Assembly: GCF_000012925.1 (NCBI RefSeq)
Contig: NC_007517.1
Location: 1,650,001-1,682,000, forward strand
DNA from: Geobacter metallireducens GS-15
GTDB taxonomy: Bacteria > Desulfobacterota > Desulfuromonadia > Geobacterales > Geobacteraceae
DNA length: 32,000 nucleotides
Reading direction: 5' to 3'
Shown here piece after piece: positions 1-8,152 of the stretch. The translations under genes and the position numbers were made by a program. The first letter of the stretch is position 1. Each line of letters begins with the position of its first letter. Below the pieces are notes generated by a model. The model was not told the origin of the DNA. It saw only the letters and a program-made list of their open reading frames with translations, and made no database searches.

Positions 1-1
1 G

Positions 2-1018
2 ATGCGTGTCCATGGGGATGAGCTGCTCTACGCGGCTCGCAAGATACTGAATATCGCCCCGGGCATAAGGGGATATGGCCGTATGGTTTCCGCGCTGCTT
101 CCCTGCCTGACCGGTGTCGGCTGCCTCTACCAGGCCGTTGCCACGGCCCTTGACCGGCGCAGGTATCCGCCTCCCGGAAGGCTCCTGAAGATCGGCGGCA
201 CCGACGTGCATTTCCACGCGACCGACCGGCGCGGTGCGCCCACTGTTGTTCTCGAAACAGGGCTGGGGGGGATGTCTTCCGCCTGGGGATGGATTCAGCC
301 CGAAGTTGCCAAATTCGCCCGGGTCGTCTCCTATGATCGTGCCGGTCTCGGTTGGAGCGCCCCCGACGATCTCCCCCGGACGGCGCTCACCGTGACCCGG
401 CGGCTCCGGGCACTGCTCCATGACGGAGAGGTCGAGGGCCCCTATGTGCTGGTCGGCCACTCCATGGGGGGTATGTTCATGCGTTTTTTTGCCGATCAGT
501 ATCCCGGGGATGTGGCCGGGATGGTGCTGATTGATGCCGCCCACCCAGATCAGCACAGAAGAAGCCCGGCAATCCGCCGGCACATGAGTTCCGGTTTCCG
601 GATGCTGAGAGGTGTCCCGCTTCTGGCAGGGCTCGGGTATGTCCGCATGACCGGCTTTTTCAGTTCCTGGGCCGTGGGATTGCCCGAGCGTCATGCCGCG
701 GAGGCGGAGGCGTTTCTCTCTTCCTACACCCATTTGAAAACCACCCGCGACGAGTCCCTTGCCTGGGATGCCGTATGCGCCGAGGTCCGGAGCACCGGAC
801 GACTCGGCGACAGGCCGCTGGCAGTGGTCAGTGCGGGAAAGGATGTGCTTCCCGGTTCCCATGAGCTGCAGTCGGAGCTCGCCGCCCTCTCTTCGCGCAG
901 CATCCACCTCACCGTGGAAGGGGCCGACCACGTCACCCTCGTTACCCATCGTCAGCATGCCATGGCGGTTGTCGACGCAATCCGCCAGGTGGTGCAGATG
1001 GCCGACCGCGAACGATAA
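2..1018 (+). CDS. alpha/beta-fold hydrolase
   Basis: 338-aa ORF with a nucleophile elbow 'GHSMGG', an upstream 'VVLETGLGG' oxyanion-type region and a late 'GADH' His region. The N-terminal stretch 'MVSALLPCLTGVGCLY' is hydrophobic. The ATG sits at nt 2, so the true start may lie outside the window or at an internal Met. Confidence 0.8.
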   Translation: MRVHGDELLYAARKILNIAPGIRGYGRMVSALLPCLTGVGCLYQAVATALDRRRYPPPGRLLKIGGTDVHFHATDRRGAPTVVLETGLGGMSSAWGWIQPEVAKFARVVSYDRAGLGWSAPDDLPRTALTVTRRLRALLHDGEVEGPYVLVGHSMGGMFMRFFADQYPGDVAGMVLIDAAHPDQHRRSPAIRRHMSSGFRMLRGVPLLAGLGYVRMTGFFSSWAVGLPERHAAEAEAFLSSYTHLKTTRDESLAWDAVCAEVRSTGRLGDRPLAVVSAGKDVLPGSHELQSELAALSSRSIHLTVEGADHVTLVTHRQHAMAVVDAIRQVVQMADRER

Positions 1019-1181
1019 AGGAATCTCCTGCCCAATGCCGTTTTCCGATCGTGAACCCTGCCTCAGTAACTCAGACGTGGCAGAGAGTACACATTCCCGA
1101 AGCACCGCCCCGTTATGCTTTTGTGGCTGATAAAGAGCATGGGGATGGACGGCGGATCATACTCCAGAGGATACTTTCATT

Positions 1182-2999
1182 ATGCAGACAATCGTGGATT
1201 TACTTGAGGAGAGCTGCCGCAGGTTTCCGGACAAGACGGCTCTTCGTTGCAAGAATGGGGGGAGGTGGCAGGATGTTTCGTACAGAGATTTCAGGATCGC
1301 TTCCGACAGGATTGCCACGGGCCTCGTGAATAGCGGTTTCAGGGCCGGCGACCATGCGGCGCTTCTGGCGCCGTCGTCCCCCCGGTGGATGATGGTCTAC
1401 CTGGGAATCCTGAAGGCAGGGGGAGTCGTCGTTCCCGTGGACAAGGAGCTCAAGAGTCTCGAACTGCGGCACATCCTCTCCGACAGCGGGGCACGGGTGC
1501 TCTTTACGGAACGTTCTTCCCTTGAGACTGTCCTGGCCATGGGGGAGGACGTCCCCGCTCTCGACCTGATCGTAACGCTTGACGGGGGGAACGGAAATAG
1601 GGGAGGGGACGAAGACGAAACAAGCGGGGAGCAGCCGGATGACAGCCTTCAACTCCATCACGAGAAGAGTCCCATGATGGGAACCCTGGCCAGGCAATTC
1701 AACGAGCTCCTCGATGCCGAGGCTTCCGGAGATGCGTCGGGACAGGGGGCGGGACTCACGGGTAGCGCCGGGGCCGGAATAGCTGCCGATCAAGTGAAAA
1801 TCCTCCCCTACGAGAAGCTCCGTGGCACAACCGCCATCTCCCCCAAAGGGCCGAGTCCCCTGGATACCGCCATCATCCTGTACACGTCCGGCACCACCGG
1901 CCGCTCGAAAGGGGCCATGCTGAGCCACGCCAACATCACCTCGAACATCCTCGCGACCAGCGCTCATTTCAATCTGGACGAGCGGGTACACACCCTGTCG
2001 TTTCTTCCCATCAACCACGTGTTCGAGCAGGTCTGCGGCATCCTCCTCCCGCTCTCGCTGGGGGGGACGGTCTCCTTTGTCGAGTCCCTGAAAAAACTCG
2101 GCGACAACCTGGCCGAGGTGAAGCCGACCTTCCTTCTGGGGGTGCCGGCGGTCTACCGGATGATCCTGGACCGGATCACCCGGAATATCGAATCGAAAAT
2201 CCTTTCGCGTCTCCTCTATTCGTTCTCCCTGACCCGCCCGCTGATTAAGGCGAAGATCCGGAAAACCCTGGGGAAAGGGACCATTTTCGTCAGCGGCGGC
2301 GCGGCGCTCGACCCGGATGTTGCCGCCGGACTTGTCCGCCTGGGGGTGACGATCTGCCAGGGTTACGGCATAACCGAAACGTCGCCGGTCATTTCGGCCG
2401 AGTGTCCCGGTGCCATGCGGCTGGGGACGGCGGGACGGGTGCTTGCCGGGGTTGAAGTCAGGATCACCGATCCCAATGACGAAATGGTGGGGGAGATTCT
2501 CGTCAAGGGACCGAACGTCATGCAGGGTTACTACCGGGATGATCCGGCCACGGCCGAAGTGCTGGTCGACGGCTGGTACCGCACCGGCGACCTCGGCTTT
2601 CTCGATGGGGATGGATTCCTTTCGATCCGTGGCAGGGTCAAGAATCTGATCGTTACCGCCAACGGGAGAAACGTCTACCCGGAAGAGGTGGAAAACGAAA
2701 TCCTCAAAAGCCCGTACATTGCGGAGGTGGTGGTCCATGGCCGGCGGGTCGGCGCCGTGGCCGAAGAAATCCATGCGATGGTCTACCCCGATGGCGATGC
2801 CCTTGATGACTATCGGAGGAGCCAGGGCAAGAATTCCCTTTCGGGGGAAGAGGTGGCAGCGCTCGTCCGCGCCGAGGTGCAAGCCGCCTGTGAAAAGCTT
2901 GCACCCTACAAACGGGTGAAGAGAATCACCATTCGCACGGATGAATTCCCGAAAACCACGACCCGCAAGATCAAGCGGTTTGCGGTGCAGGCCGCTTGA
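1182..2999 (+). CDS. AMP-forming long-chain acyl-CoA synthetase (COG1022/FAA1-type)
   Basis: 605-aa ORF carrying ANL-superfamily motifs 'YTSGTTGRSKGA', 'GYGITETS' and 'YRTGDLG', plus a C-terminal 'TTTRKIKR' lysine motif. The 607-aa ORF on the opposite strand has no motifs and is treated as a shadow ORF. Confidence 0.9.
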   Translation: MQTIVDLLEESCRRFPDKTALRCKNGGRWQDVSYRDFRIASDRIATGLVNSGFRAGDHAALLAPSSPRWMMVYLGILKAGGVVVPVDKELKSLELRHILSDSGARVLFTERSSLETVLAMGEDVPALDLIVTLDGGNGNRGGDEDETSGEQPDDSLQLHHEKSPMMGTLARQFNELLDAEASGDASGQGAGLTGSAGAGIAADQVKILPYEKLRGTTAISPKGPSPLDTAIILYTSGTTGRSKGAMLSHANITSNILATSAHFNLDERVHTLSFLPINHVFEQVCGILLPLSLGGTVSFVESLKKLGDNLAEVKPTFLLGVPAVYRMILDRITRNIESKILSRLLYSFSLTRPLIKAKIRKTLGKGTIFVSGGAALDPDVAAGLVRLGVTICQGYGITETSPVISAECPGAMRLGTAGRVLAGVEVRITDPNDEMVGEILVKGPNVMQGYYRDDPATAEVLVDGWYRTGDLGFLDGDGFLSIRGRVKNLIVTANGRNVYPEEVENEILKSPYIAEVVVHGRRVGAVAEEIHAMVYPDGDALDDYRRSQGKNSLSGEEVAALVRAEVQAACEKLAPYKRVKRITIRTDEFPKTTTRKIKRFAVQAA

Positions 3000-3046
3000 A
3001 CAGGGTAATGCGATGGGTCGCAATCACTTTCGTGTCAGCCGGGGTG

Positions 3047-3193
3047 TCAGCTGTTGAGCAAGTCCGCGATTTCCTTTCCGTAGTATGCCACGTTTGCTTC
3101 ACGGTACGAATCCCTGAGCTTCCGCAGCTTTTCGATCTGACAATCCAACTCGGAGAGACCGCCTATGGTCAGTTTCCAGTTCAGTAACTTCAT
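3047..3193 (-). CDS. small hypothetical protein (48 aa), last gene of the partner-switching operon
   Basis: Not in the ORF track because it is too short; translated by hand as MKLLNWKLTIGGLSELDCQIEKLRKLRDSYREANVAYYGKEIADLLNS. AAGGAG lies 6 nt upstream of the ATG. It starts 27 nt downstream of the STAS gene stop on the same strand. Confidence 0.4.
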   Translation of the reverse strand: MKLLNWKLTIGGLSELDCQIEKLRKLRDSYREANVAYYGKEIADLLNS

Positions 3194-3220
3194 GGGAGTG
3201 CTCCTTTGAGTCGGGGCAAT

Positions 3221-3532
3221 TCATTGTTCGAGGGAGGCCAGGAGGAAAATGCCGGTCATCTTGAACAGAATCGCGTTTACCTGGCTAAGTCCCCGGATGG
3301 TAATCCGGGCATCTTTGTCATCCCTGAGATCCTTCAGAAATCTGAGGAGAAAGGCAATCCCCATGGAGTTGATCCTGCCGGAATCGCTGAAATCGCACCG
3401 GACGTTCGGCCCATTCACTCTCGCGGACAACTCGCGGACTGACTGCTCTGCGCTGGCGTCGATGTTTCCGTAAAAACGGACGACATCGGTAAGCCCTTCA
3501 CGCGTAACCACAACTCGGAAATCTGTTCCCAT
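3221..3532 (-). CDS. STAS-domain anti-sigma-factor antagonist (SpoIIAA/RsbV-like)
   Basis: 103-aa ORF whose size and sequence pattern ('VVRFYGNIDASAEQ...', 'DFSDSGRINSMGIAFLLRFL') are typical of STAS. AAGGAGG lies 8 nt upstream of the ATG. It is adjacent to a PP2C phosphatase and a GHKL kinase-like gene. Confidence 0.8.
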   Translation of the reverse strand: MGTDFRVVVTREGLTDVVRFYGNIDASAEQSVRELSARVNGPNVRCDFSDSGRINSMGIAFLLRFLKDLRDDKDARITIRGLSQVNAILFKMTGIFLLASLEQ

Positions 3533-3597
3533 AATTAGTCCTCCTTTTTAGTTGTATGCCTCCCTCCTCCCTGAGTGATGCACTGTAATGTCAGTGT

Positions 3598-4572
3598 TCA
3601 GGCGCAGTCGCGCAACGCTGTTATGTGGAATCCCTTCGCCTCGGGCAGATCTTCGCAGCGGGCGAGACGCACATGACCACGTACGACGGTCTCTCTTCCC
3701 GGCGTGATGGAGACATGGAGGTGGTCGACGAAGCGCCAGATGAGAAACAGGCCCAATCCCCCGTCAGTGGGCGGAATCCCGTCCCGTGCCCTGTTTTTGC
3801 TGAGATGGTCAAGGATATCTTCCGGCCGGAGGCTGCCCCAACCGTCTCTGACCTCCAGGGCCAGGTTTTCTCCGTCGAAGCCAAAGCGAAACACAATTCG
3901 CTCGTCGGGAAGAATCTCACGGAGTTCACCCTTGCGGAAGATTCGAGTGCCCTGGTGATCACGGGGTGCTCCGTAAAGGGCATTCTCGATCATCTCGTCA
4001 GCAATGAGCGCTGCCCGTTGCCGCAGGAATTCGGCTTCGGTCGTCTTACCATTCACAGCCTTTTCCAGAAGCCCTATGAGGGTTTCTTTCTGGCTACTGG
4101 AGGTGAGGGTAAATTCGCTGACCTCTGTTCCCTGTCTGAGACAGGCGGACATCCGCTCATTCCTGCCGGCCGCGATGGATGCAACGGCAATGCTCAGGGT
4201 GGATTCCACGGGACAGTAACTCTTTGGAGAGAGCCGTGTCGGCGCCACGACAAGGTTCACGATCCCGTCCCTGAAGAGCGGGCCGATGTCGGGGAACGGC
4301 TCGGATGCCGGCGAGATAAGCAGAATCTCCGTGCCGGGAAAGAGGCTCCTGATGAGAGTTGTGATGCCAACCCCCCTGTCGGGATAAAAGGAGGCTGACA
4401 GCAGGATGAACTGGGGGCTCGGCGCCAACCCCCACGCTTTGTTCACCGACAAAAGGGGAGATTCTCCCGTCACGATAGAGATCATTCCGGGGATGGCTTC
4501 CAGGTCGGCCTTCCAAAGCCGTTCGTCGGCATCATTTCTGAAAAAAGCAAGGGATGGGGTGTTCATGCTCAT
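3598..4572 (-). CDS. GHKL (HATPase_c) anti-sigma-factor/serine-kinase-like protein with a ~170-aa N-terminal extension
   Basis: 324-aa ORF. The C-terminal half has an N-box-like 'EMIENALYG', a G1-like 'VRDGWGS' and a G2-like 'GGLGLFLIWRFVD'. Its start overlaps the upstream phosphatase stop (ATGA). I could not assign the N-terminal half. Confidence 0.75.
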   Translation of the reverse strand: MSMNTPSLAFFRNDADERLWKADLEAIPGMISIVTGESPLLSVNKAWGLAPSPQFILLSASFYPDRGVGITTLIRSLFPGTEILLISPASEPFPDIGPLFRDGIVNLVVAPTRLSPKSYCPVESTLSIAVASIAAGRNERMSACLRQGTEVSEFTLTSSSQKETLIGLLEKAVNGKTTEAEFLRQRAALIADEMIENALYGAPRDHQGTRIFRKGELREILPDERIVFRFGFDGENLALEVRDGWGSLRPEDILDHLSKNRARDGIPPTDGGLGLFLIWRFVDHLHVSITPGRETVVRGHVRLARCEDLPEAKGFHITALRDCA

Positions 4573-5783
4573 GGTACCTCAGGGGCACAACCGTCGAACG
4601 AGGCGATCAGGAGTGCGACATCGTCATCGAGGGCTTCGCTGGCGGCAAACGAGTGAATGTCCGTGAAGAGCTGCTCTTTCAGCTGGTCGGACGAGAGTTC
4701 CCGATGTTCGAGAAAAACAGCCTCGAACCGTTCATATCCGAACTGGCGGCCGGCGCTATCGGTGGCTTCCACTATCCCATCGGTATAGACAATGAGTCTG
4801 TCTCCCTCACGGAAGGGAATGGTCAGTTCCGTGTAGCCTCCGTCGCGTTCAAATCCGAGGGGAAACCCGGAAACCACCTCGATGCGCTCCATGTACGTAG
4901 GAATTGTGCGGTAAAGATAGGGAAAGGTATGACCGGCATTTGCGATGGTGGCTATCCGCTGCTGCTGATTTATGCTGATAACGACGCACGTCATGAGAAG
5001 GTTTTGACGGGCAGTGGCCAGAATGGCGTTGTTCATGCCGGACAAGAGCCGAGCCGGCGTGGTGGCGCCTGCTGCGATAAGGGTGTGAAGGCTCGCCTTG
5101 GCCGCGGTGGTTACCATCCCGGCCTGGATTCCGTGGCCGCTCACATCACCCATGACGATGCAGACCGTTGAATCGGGGAGTCGGATGTAATCGTAAAAAT
5201 CTCCTCCGATCTCTGTGGATGTGGTCATGCTTGCAGAGATTGCAATGTTGTTGAACCGCGCTGAATCGAGGGGAAGGAGATCCTGCTGGATACTCCTCGC
5301 ATTGTCGACCTCCGCTCTTATGCGGGCGGTAAGCCGATTGAGGGTCTGCAAGAGAGCAGCCTGGGTTCTGGATATGCTCATCATGAGTTCCGCCACCGAG
5401 GCGATGCCGATGCAGCATTTTCCATCCATGACCGGAAACGAATCGGTTTCCAGTCTCGGATCCACCTCGATAAGCCGTTCGAGGGCGCTGTTTACGTCGA
5501 CTCCCGCATTCATGGTAAACGGACACTCATCAAGAAGTTCCCTGATCGGTTTCTTCCCGTAGAGTTCCATGGTAAAAGGTCGGCCGAGGTGTTTGAAAAT
5601 CAGAACCTTGCGGTTGATGATTCCCAGGAACTCACCTTCGTCAATAATCGGCAGCGTGAGCAGCGTTGCATCGCCCTGAAAAATTTCCACAACTTCGCGC
5701 ACCGTTACGTTCGGGGAGACTCCGGCATTCGGCACCGCGATGTCCCGCAAAATCGGTACACTGCTCTCACAATAATCCGTCAT
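4569..5783 (-). CDS. CBS-pair + PP2C/SpoIIE-family serine phosphatase (RsbU-like)
   Basis: 404-aa ORF. The N-terminal region contains two CBS-like units. The C-terminal region has SpoIIE motifs 'GGDFYD', 'GDVSGHGIQAGM', 'ANAGHTFPY' and 'LIVYTDGIVEA'. Confidence 0.9.
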   Translation of the reverse strand: MTDYCESSVPILRDIAVPNAGVSPNVTVREVVEIFQGDATLLTLPIIDEGEFLGIINRKVLIFKHLGRPFTMELYGKKPIRELLDECPFTMNAGVDVNSALERLIEVDPRLETDSFPVMDGKCCIGIASVAELMMSISRTQAALLQTLNRLTARIRAEVDNARSIQQDLLPLDSARFNNIAISASMTTSTEIGGDFYDYIRLPDSTVCIVMGDVSGHGIQAGMVTTAAKASLHTLIAAGATTPARLLSGMNNAILATARQNLLMTCVVISINQQQRIATIANAGHTFPYLYRTIPTYMERIEVVSGFPLGFERDGGYTELTIPFREGDRLIVYTDGIVEATDSAGRQFGYERFEAVFLEHRELSSDQLKEQLFTDIHSFAASEALDDDVALLIASFDGCAPEVP

Positions 5784-6146
5784 GATTTATCCGTTCTCAA
5801 AACCGCTGGGTCATCAGAGCATAGCGCTGCAACTGCTGTCTCATTAATTACTATCGGCAGCAAATGTGATGGTCACGTTACAATTGAATGATATTTTCGA
5901 GTGCCGGCAAGCAATGTCGTCACGGCGGTCATTGCCCGCATACACTGCTGGTTCCGTGCTGTTGTCCGAGATGGCTGCTCTGGGTGCCTCGTAACTGGAT
6001 CATTATTGTTACAGTGGTGTAAATTCTTGTTGTGATTGACACAAATCTCTTTAGTTTTAATTGAAATCCTGAGAGAGTCTGTATTATTCCCTATGGGGCT
6101 TCCTGTCGGAAGCTCGCTACACATGCAATCCATCCGGAGGATCGAC

Positions 6147-6671
6147 ATGAAAAAATCGCTGCAAGATCTGCAAAAGATTCGTGGAATCGGTGAGGTGCTT
6201 GCCAAACGTCTGGTTGAGGCCGGTCACGACACCTATGAGAAGCTTCAAGCCCTCGGCGAGGATGGGCTGCGGGCTGTGAAGGGGATCAATCCCCGGGCGA
6301 TCGGCTCGATTCTCTCCCAGGCCGCCGAACTGGTCGAGTCCAAGGGAAAGGAACGGGCCCGCCGGGTCGAGGAACTCCGTTCCGCGGCACTCACCCTGCG
6401 CGGTCAGGTGGAGGAGATCGCGCGCAGCGTCAGGGACCGTTTTGCCGACGAGGTGCAAGGCCAGGGGGGCAAGAAGCTCGAAAAACAGTTCACCAAGATC
6501 ATGACATCCTTTGACCGGGTTGAAGGAAAGCTGGAAAAGCGCACGAAGCGGGCCGCCAAGGGACTGGCCAAGGCCGAGAAACGGCTGGCCGGCCTTGTGG
6601 ATGGAACTATGAAGGATGTCGAGAAGGGTGTCCGGCGTGCCCGAAAATCCCTCAAGAGGATTCTTGCCTGA
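6147..6671 (+). CDS. helix-hairpin-helix DNA-binding protein with a basic coiled-coil tail
   Basis: Hairpin-type motifs 'LQKIRGIGEVLAKRLVEAG' and 'LRAVKGINPRAIGSIL' are present, and the C-terminus is Lys/Arg/Glu-rich. I prefer the ATG at 6147 because GGAGG lies 6 nt upstream. The track start at 6036 has no RBS and adds a non-proteinlike N-terminus. Confidence 0.7.
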   Translation: MKKSLQDLQKIRGIGEVLAKRLVEAGHDTYEKLQALGEDGLRAVKGINPRAIGSILSQAAELVESKGKERARRVEELRSAALTLRGQVEEIARSVRDRFADEVQGQGGKKLEKQFTKIMTSFDRVEGKLEKRTKRAAKGLAKAEKRLAGLVDGTMKDVEKGVRRARKSLKRILA

Positions 6672-6881
6672 CGCTGCTACACGTATGAGTTCCCCGGAAA
6701 GCTGATCGCGGTTGAAAGGCTGGACGGATCGGAGGAGCGCCACGGGTGGCCCTTGCGGGTTGCCAGGCTCAGACCGCCGATTCTTGACGCTGATTTTACA
6801 TTCCTGTCCTTCATCCGTGACATTCCCCGTCTATAGTCCGAACATTAATTTCAGCTTGACCCGTAACTCCTTTTTTGGTTG

Positions 6882-6910
6882 GGGAAGGAGGAAACTCCTT
6901 CCCATTTTTT
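6882..6910 (+). terminator. rho-independent terminator-like hairpin
   Basis: GGGAAGGAG-GAAA-CTCCTTCCC forms a perfect 9-bp stem with a GNRA-type loop, followed by ATTTTTT. It lies 210 nt after the HhH gene stop and 83 nt before the zinc-ribbon ORF. Confidence 0.6.
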
Positions 6911-6992
6911 CCGCAACGGGATCTTCCCGCCACCCCACCCTCAGCACGTGCCGGATTTACCTGAAATTGACTGAATATCGAGGAGAACCCCC

Positions 6993-7133
6993 ATGCATTG
7001 TCCCGCATGCAACGCAGAAGTAATCTACTTTTTCGGCAAAACCCTGAAGGGACGTCAGCGTTTCGTCTGCAATAGCTGCGGCCGTGAATTCGAAACCGGT
7101 TCCCCGTCTCCGTCGAGTCGTTGCTCCCGATGA
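6993..7133 (+). CDS. 46-aa stand-alone zinc-ribbon protein (IS1/ISXO2-type transposase N-terminal finger-like)
   Basis: Not in the track because it is under 60 aa; hand translation is MHCPACNAEVIYFFGKTLKGRQRFVCNSCGREFETGSPSPSSRCSR. It follows the pattern CPxC-x17-QRFxCxxCGRxF. AGGAGA lies 6 nt upstream of the ATG. Its stop TGA overlaps the ATG of the next ORF (ATGA at 7130-7133). Confidence 0.55.
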   Translation: MHCPACNAEVIYFFGKTLKGRQRFVCNSCGREFETGSPSPSSRCSR

Positions 7134-7891
7134 ACGATGTCGACCGTGTCACTGTATCCACCCCCAAACATGCAAGAATATTCCTCTTCATCGCCGCATC
7201 GCTGCTGTCGACACTCTCGCTGATGATATCCGGAGCCATTGACTGTTCAGCATCGCCCGACGCACGCGAATCCCGTTACGAGATATTCTCCCGCGGACTG
7301 CGAGTCGGCAGTCTTACAACGTCATTCTCCCACGCCAGGTACAATGACCGCAGAGCTCTCCGCTTCGAGTCCAACACCCGGGTGAAGGCGAACCTTCTGG
7401 TCTATTCCGTATCCTATGAAAGCCACGAAACGGCCCTGGTGACGGAAGAGGGGACAGTCACCTACACGCGGAGCGACCGAAGGAAGGGACAGCAGCTGGA
7501 GGCTACCGGGCGGCTCGAAAGGGATCGGTTCATCCTCGATGTGACGGAGAACGGCAACCGGCGAACCCTTCTGTTTGACAAAAGCCGCTATGACCACACA
7601 ACGATGGAGTGCCCCGAAACCCTCATGGGCCGGGTAGGGGAGGAGATGTCGCTTCGTCTTCTCGACTTCGAGAGCCTCTCCATCGTTACCCGCCGCTACC
7701 GCTGGGTCAAAACCGAGGATGTCATAGTGGAGGGAAAGCCGGTCCGCTGCCGTGTCATCGATTTTGAGGATTCCCACAAGAAAGGACGGCGCTGGATCAA
7801 GGCCGACGACCTGGGCGTCATCATCGCCCGGCAGGACGGCAAGGGGAAGGATGGTTCCTATTCGCTGCGGATGACGAAGCTGGGGGATTGA
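7130..7891 (+). CDS. secreted/periplasmic beta-rich protein of unknown function (DUF3108/DUF6134-like; family uncertain)
   Basis: Signal-peptide-like N-terminus 'ARIFLFIAASLLSTLSLMISGAIDCSA'. The remainder has an alternating beta-strand-like composition. I prefer the ATG at 7130, which overlaps the upstream stop, over the TTG at 7121. Confidence 0.7.
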   Translation: MNDVDRVTVSTPKHARIFLFIAASLLSTLSLMISGAIDCSASPDARESRYEIFSRGLRVGSLTTSFSHARYNDRRALRFESNTRVKANLLVYSVSYESHETALVTEEGTVTYTRSDRRKGQQLEATGRLERDRFILDVTENGNRRTLLFDKSRYDHTTMECPETLMGRVGEEMSLRLLDFESLSIVTRRYRWVKTEDVIVEGKPVRCRVIDFEDSHKKGRRWIKADDLGVIIARQDGKGKDGSYSLRMTKLGD

Positions 7892-7990
7892 TACTTATTT
7901 GGGGGCATCGTTACAAAACATTTAATCAAGCTTAATGTTGATGTAATAATTATGCCTTAGGGTATGCACCCAGGAATCGGGGTGCCGTCC

Positions 7991-8020
7991 GGACCGCTTC
8001 ATATTCCGCGGATCCGTAGA
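7991..8020 (+). repeat. possible degenerate copy of the island junction repeat
   Basis: GGACCGCTTCATATTCCGCGGATCCGTAG aligns by eye with 15491-15519 (GGACGCTTCCCATATTGCCTCGTCCGCAG). About 24 matches over ~33 columns with 3 gaps. This could be chance. Confidence 0.25.
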
Positions 8021-8058
8021 CCGGGTACTTTGCTGACTTGATTGTTCAAGACCCAGAA

Positions 8059-8100
8059 AGCCCGCAGCGAGAGATTAATACTCTCGTTGCGGGCTTTTTC
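8059..8100 (+). terminator. strong terminator-like hairpin in the rhs upstream region
   Basis: AGCCCGCAGCGAGAG-ATTAATA-CTCTCGTTGCGGGCT forms a 15-bp stem with one G:U pair, followed by TTTTT. It lies 168 nt after the stop of the 7130-7891 gene and 53 nt before the rhs ATG. Confidence 0.65.
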
Positions 8101-8152
8101 CTTTGGTGCCTGCAGACAATCAGTTCTGAATGAATTTTTCCAGGGGGGGATC

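Noticed and set aside
1200-3023. 607-aa minus-strand ORF opposite the acyl-CoA synthetase. Similar long antisense ORFs occur at 8564-9694, 9926-10879, 11036-11836, 12311-13834, 19647-20840, 21536-22477, 24516-25541, 24563-25558, 26880-28658 and 30605-31750
   Set aside because: These are Arg/Gly/Pro-rich, low-complexity translations with no motifs. Each lies opposite a gene with clear family signatures. They are typical stop-codon-poor shadow frames in high-GC DNA.
2996-3187. 63-aa plus-strand ORF downstream of the acyl-CoA synthetase
   Set aside because: It has no SD. The opposite strand carries an SD-preceded 48-aa ORF in operon position behind the STAS gene, which is the more plausible reading. 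Neither is certain.
6036-6146. Track start for the HhH protein, and the overlapping 208-aa antisense ORF at 6117-6743
   Set aside because: The ATG at 6147 has GGAGG 6 nt upstream, and the upstream extension is hydrophobic and non-proteinlike. The antisense ORF lacks motifs, whereas the plus frame has clear HhH motifs.
6712-7023. 103-aa plus-strand ORF in the HhH/zinc-ribbon intergenic region
   Set aside because: It reads through a rho-independent terminator hairpin, has no RBS and has an odd composition. It also overlaps the better-supported zinc-ribbon ORF in another frame.
6993-7133. An intact IS1-family insertion sequence
   Set aside because: Only the ~46-aa zinc-finger ORF is present. 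There is no InsB/DDE reading frame, no frameshift site and no terminal inverted repeats that I could find by eye.
8042-8152. Track start (TTG 8042) for the rhs gene
   Set aside because: The extra 37 codons run through the terminator hairpin at 8059-8100 and precede a perfect signal peptide that begins at the SD-preceded ATG at 8153.
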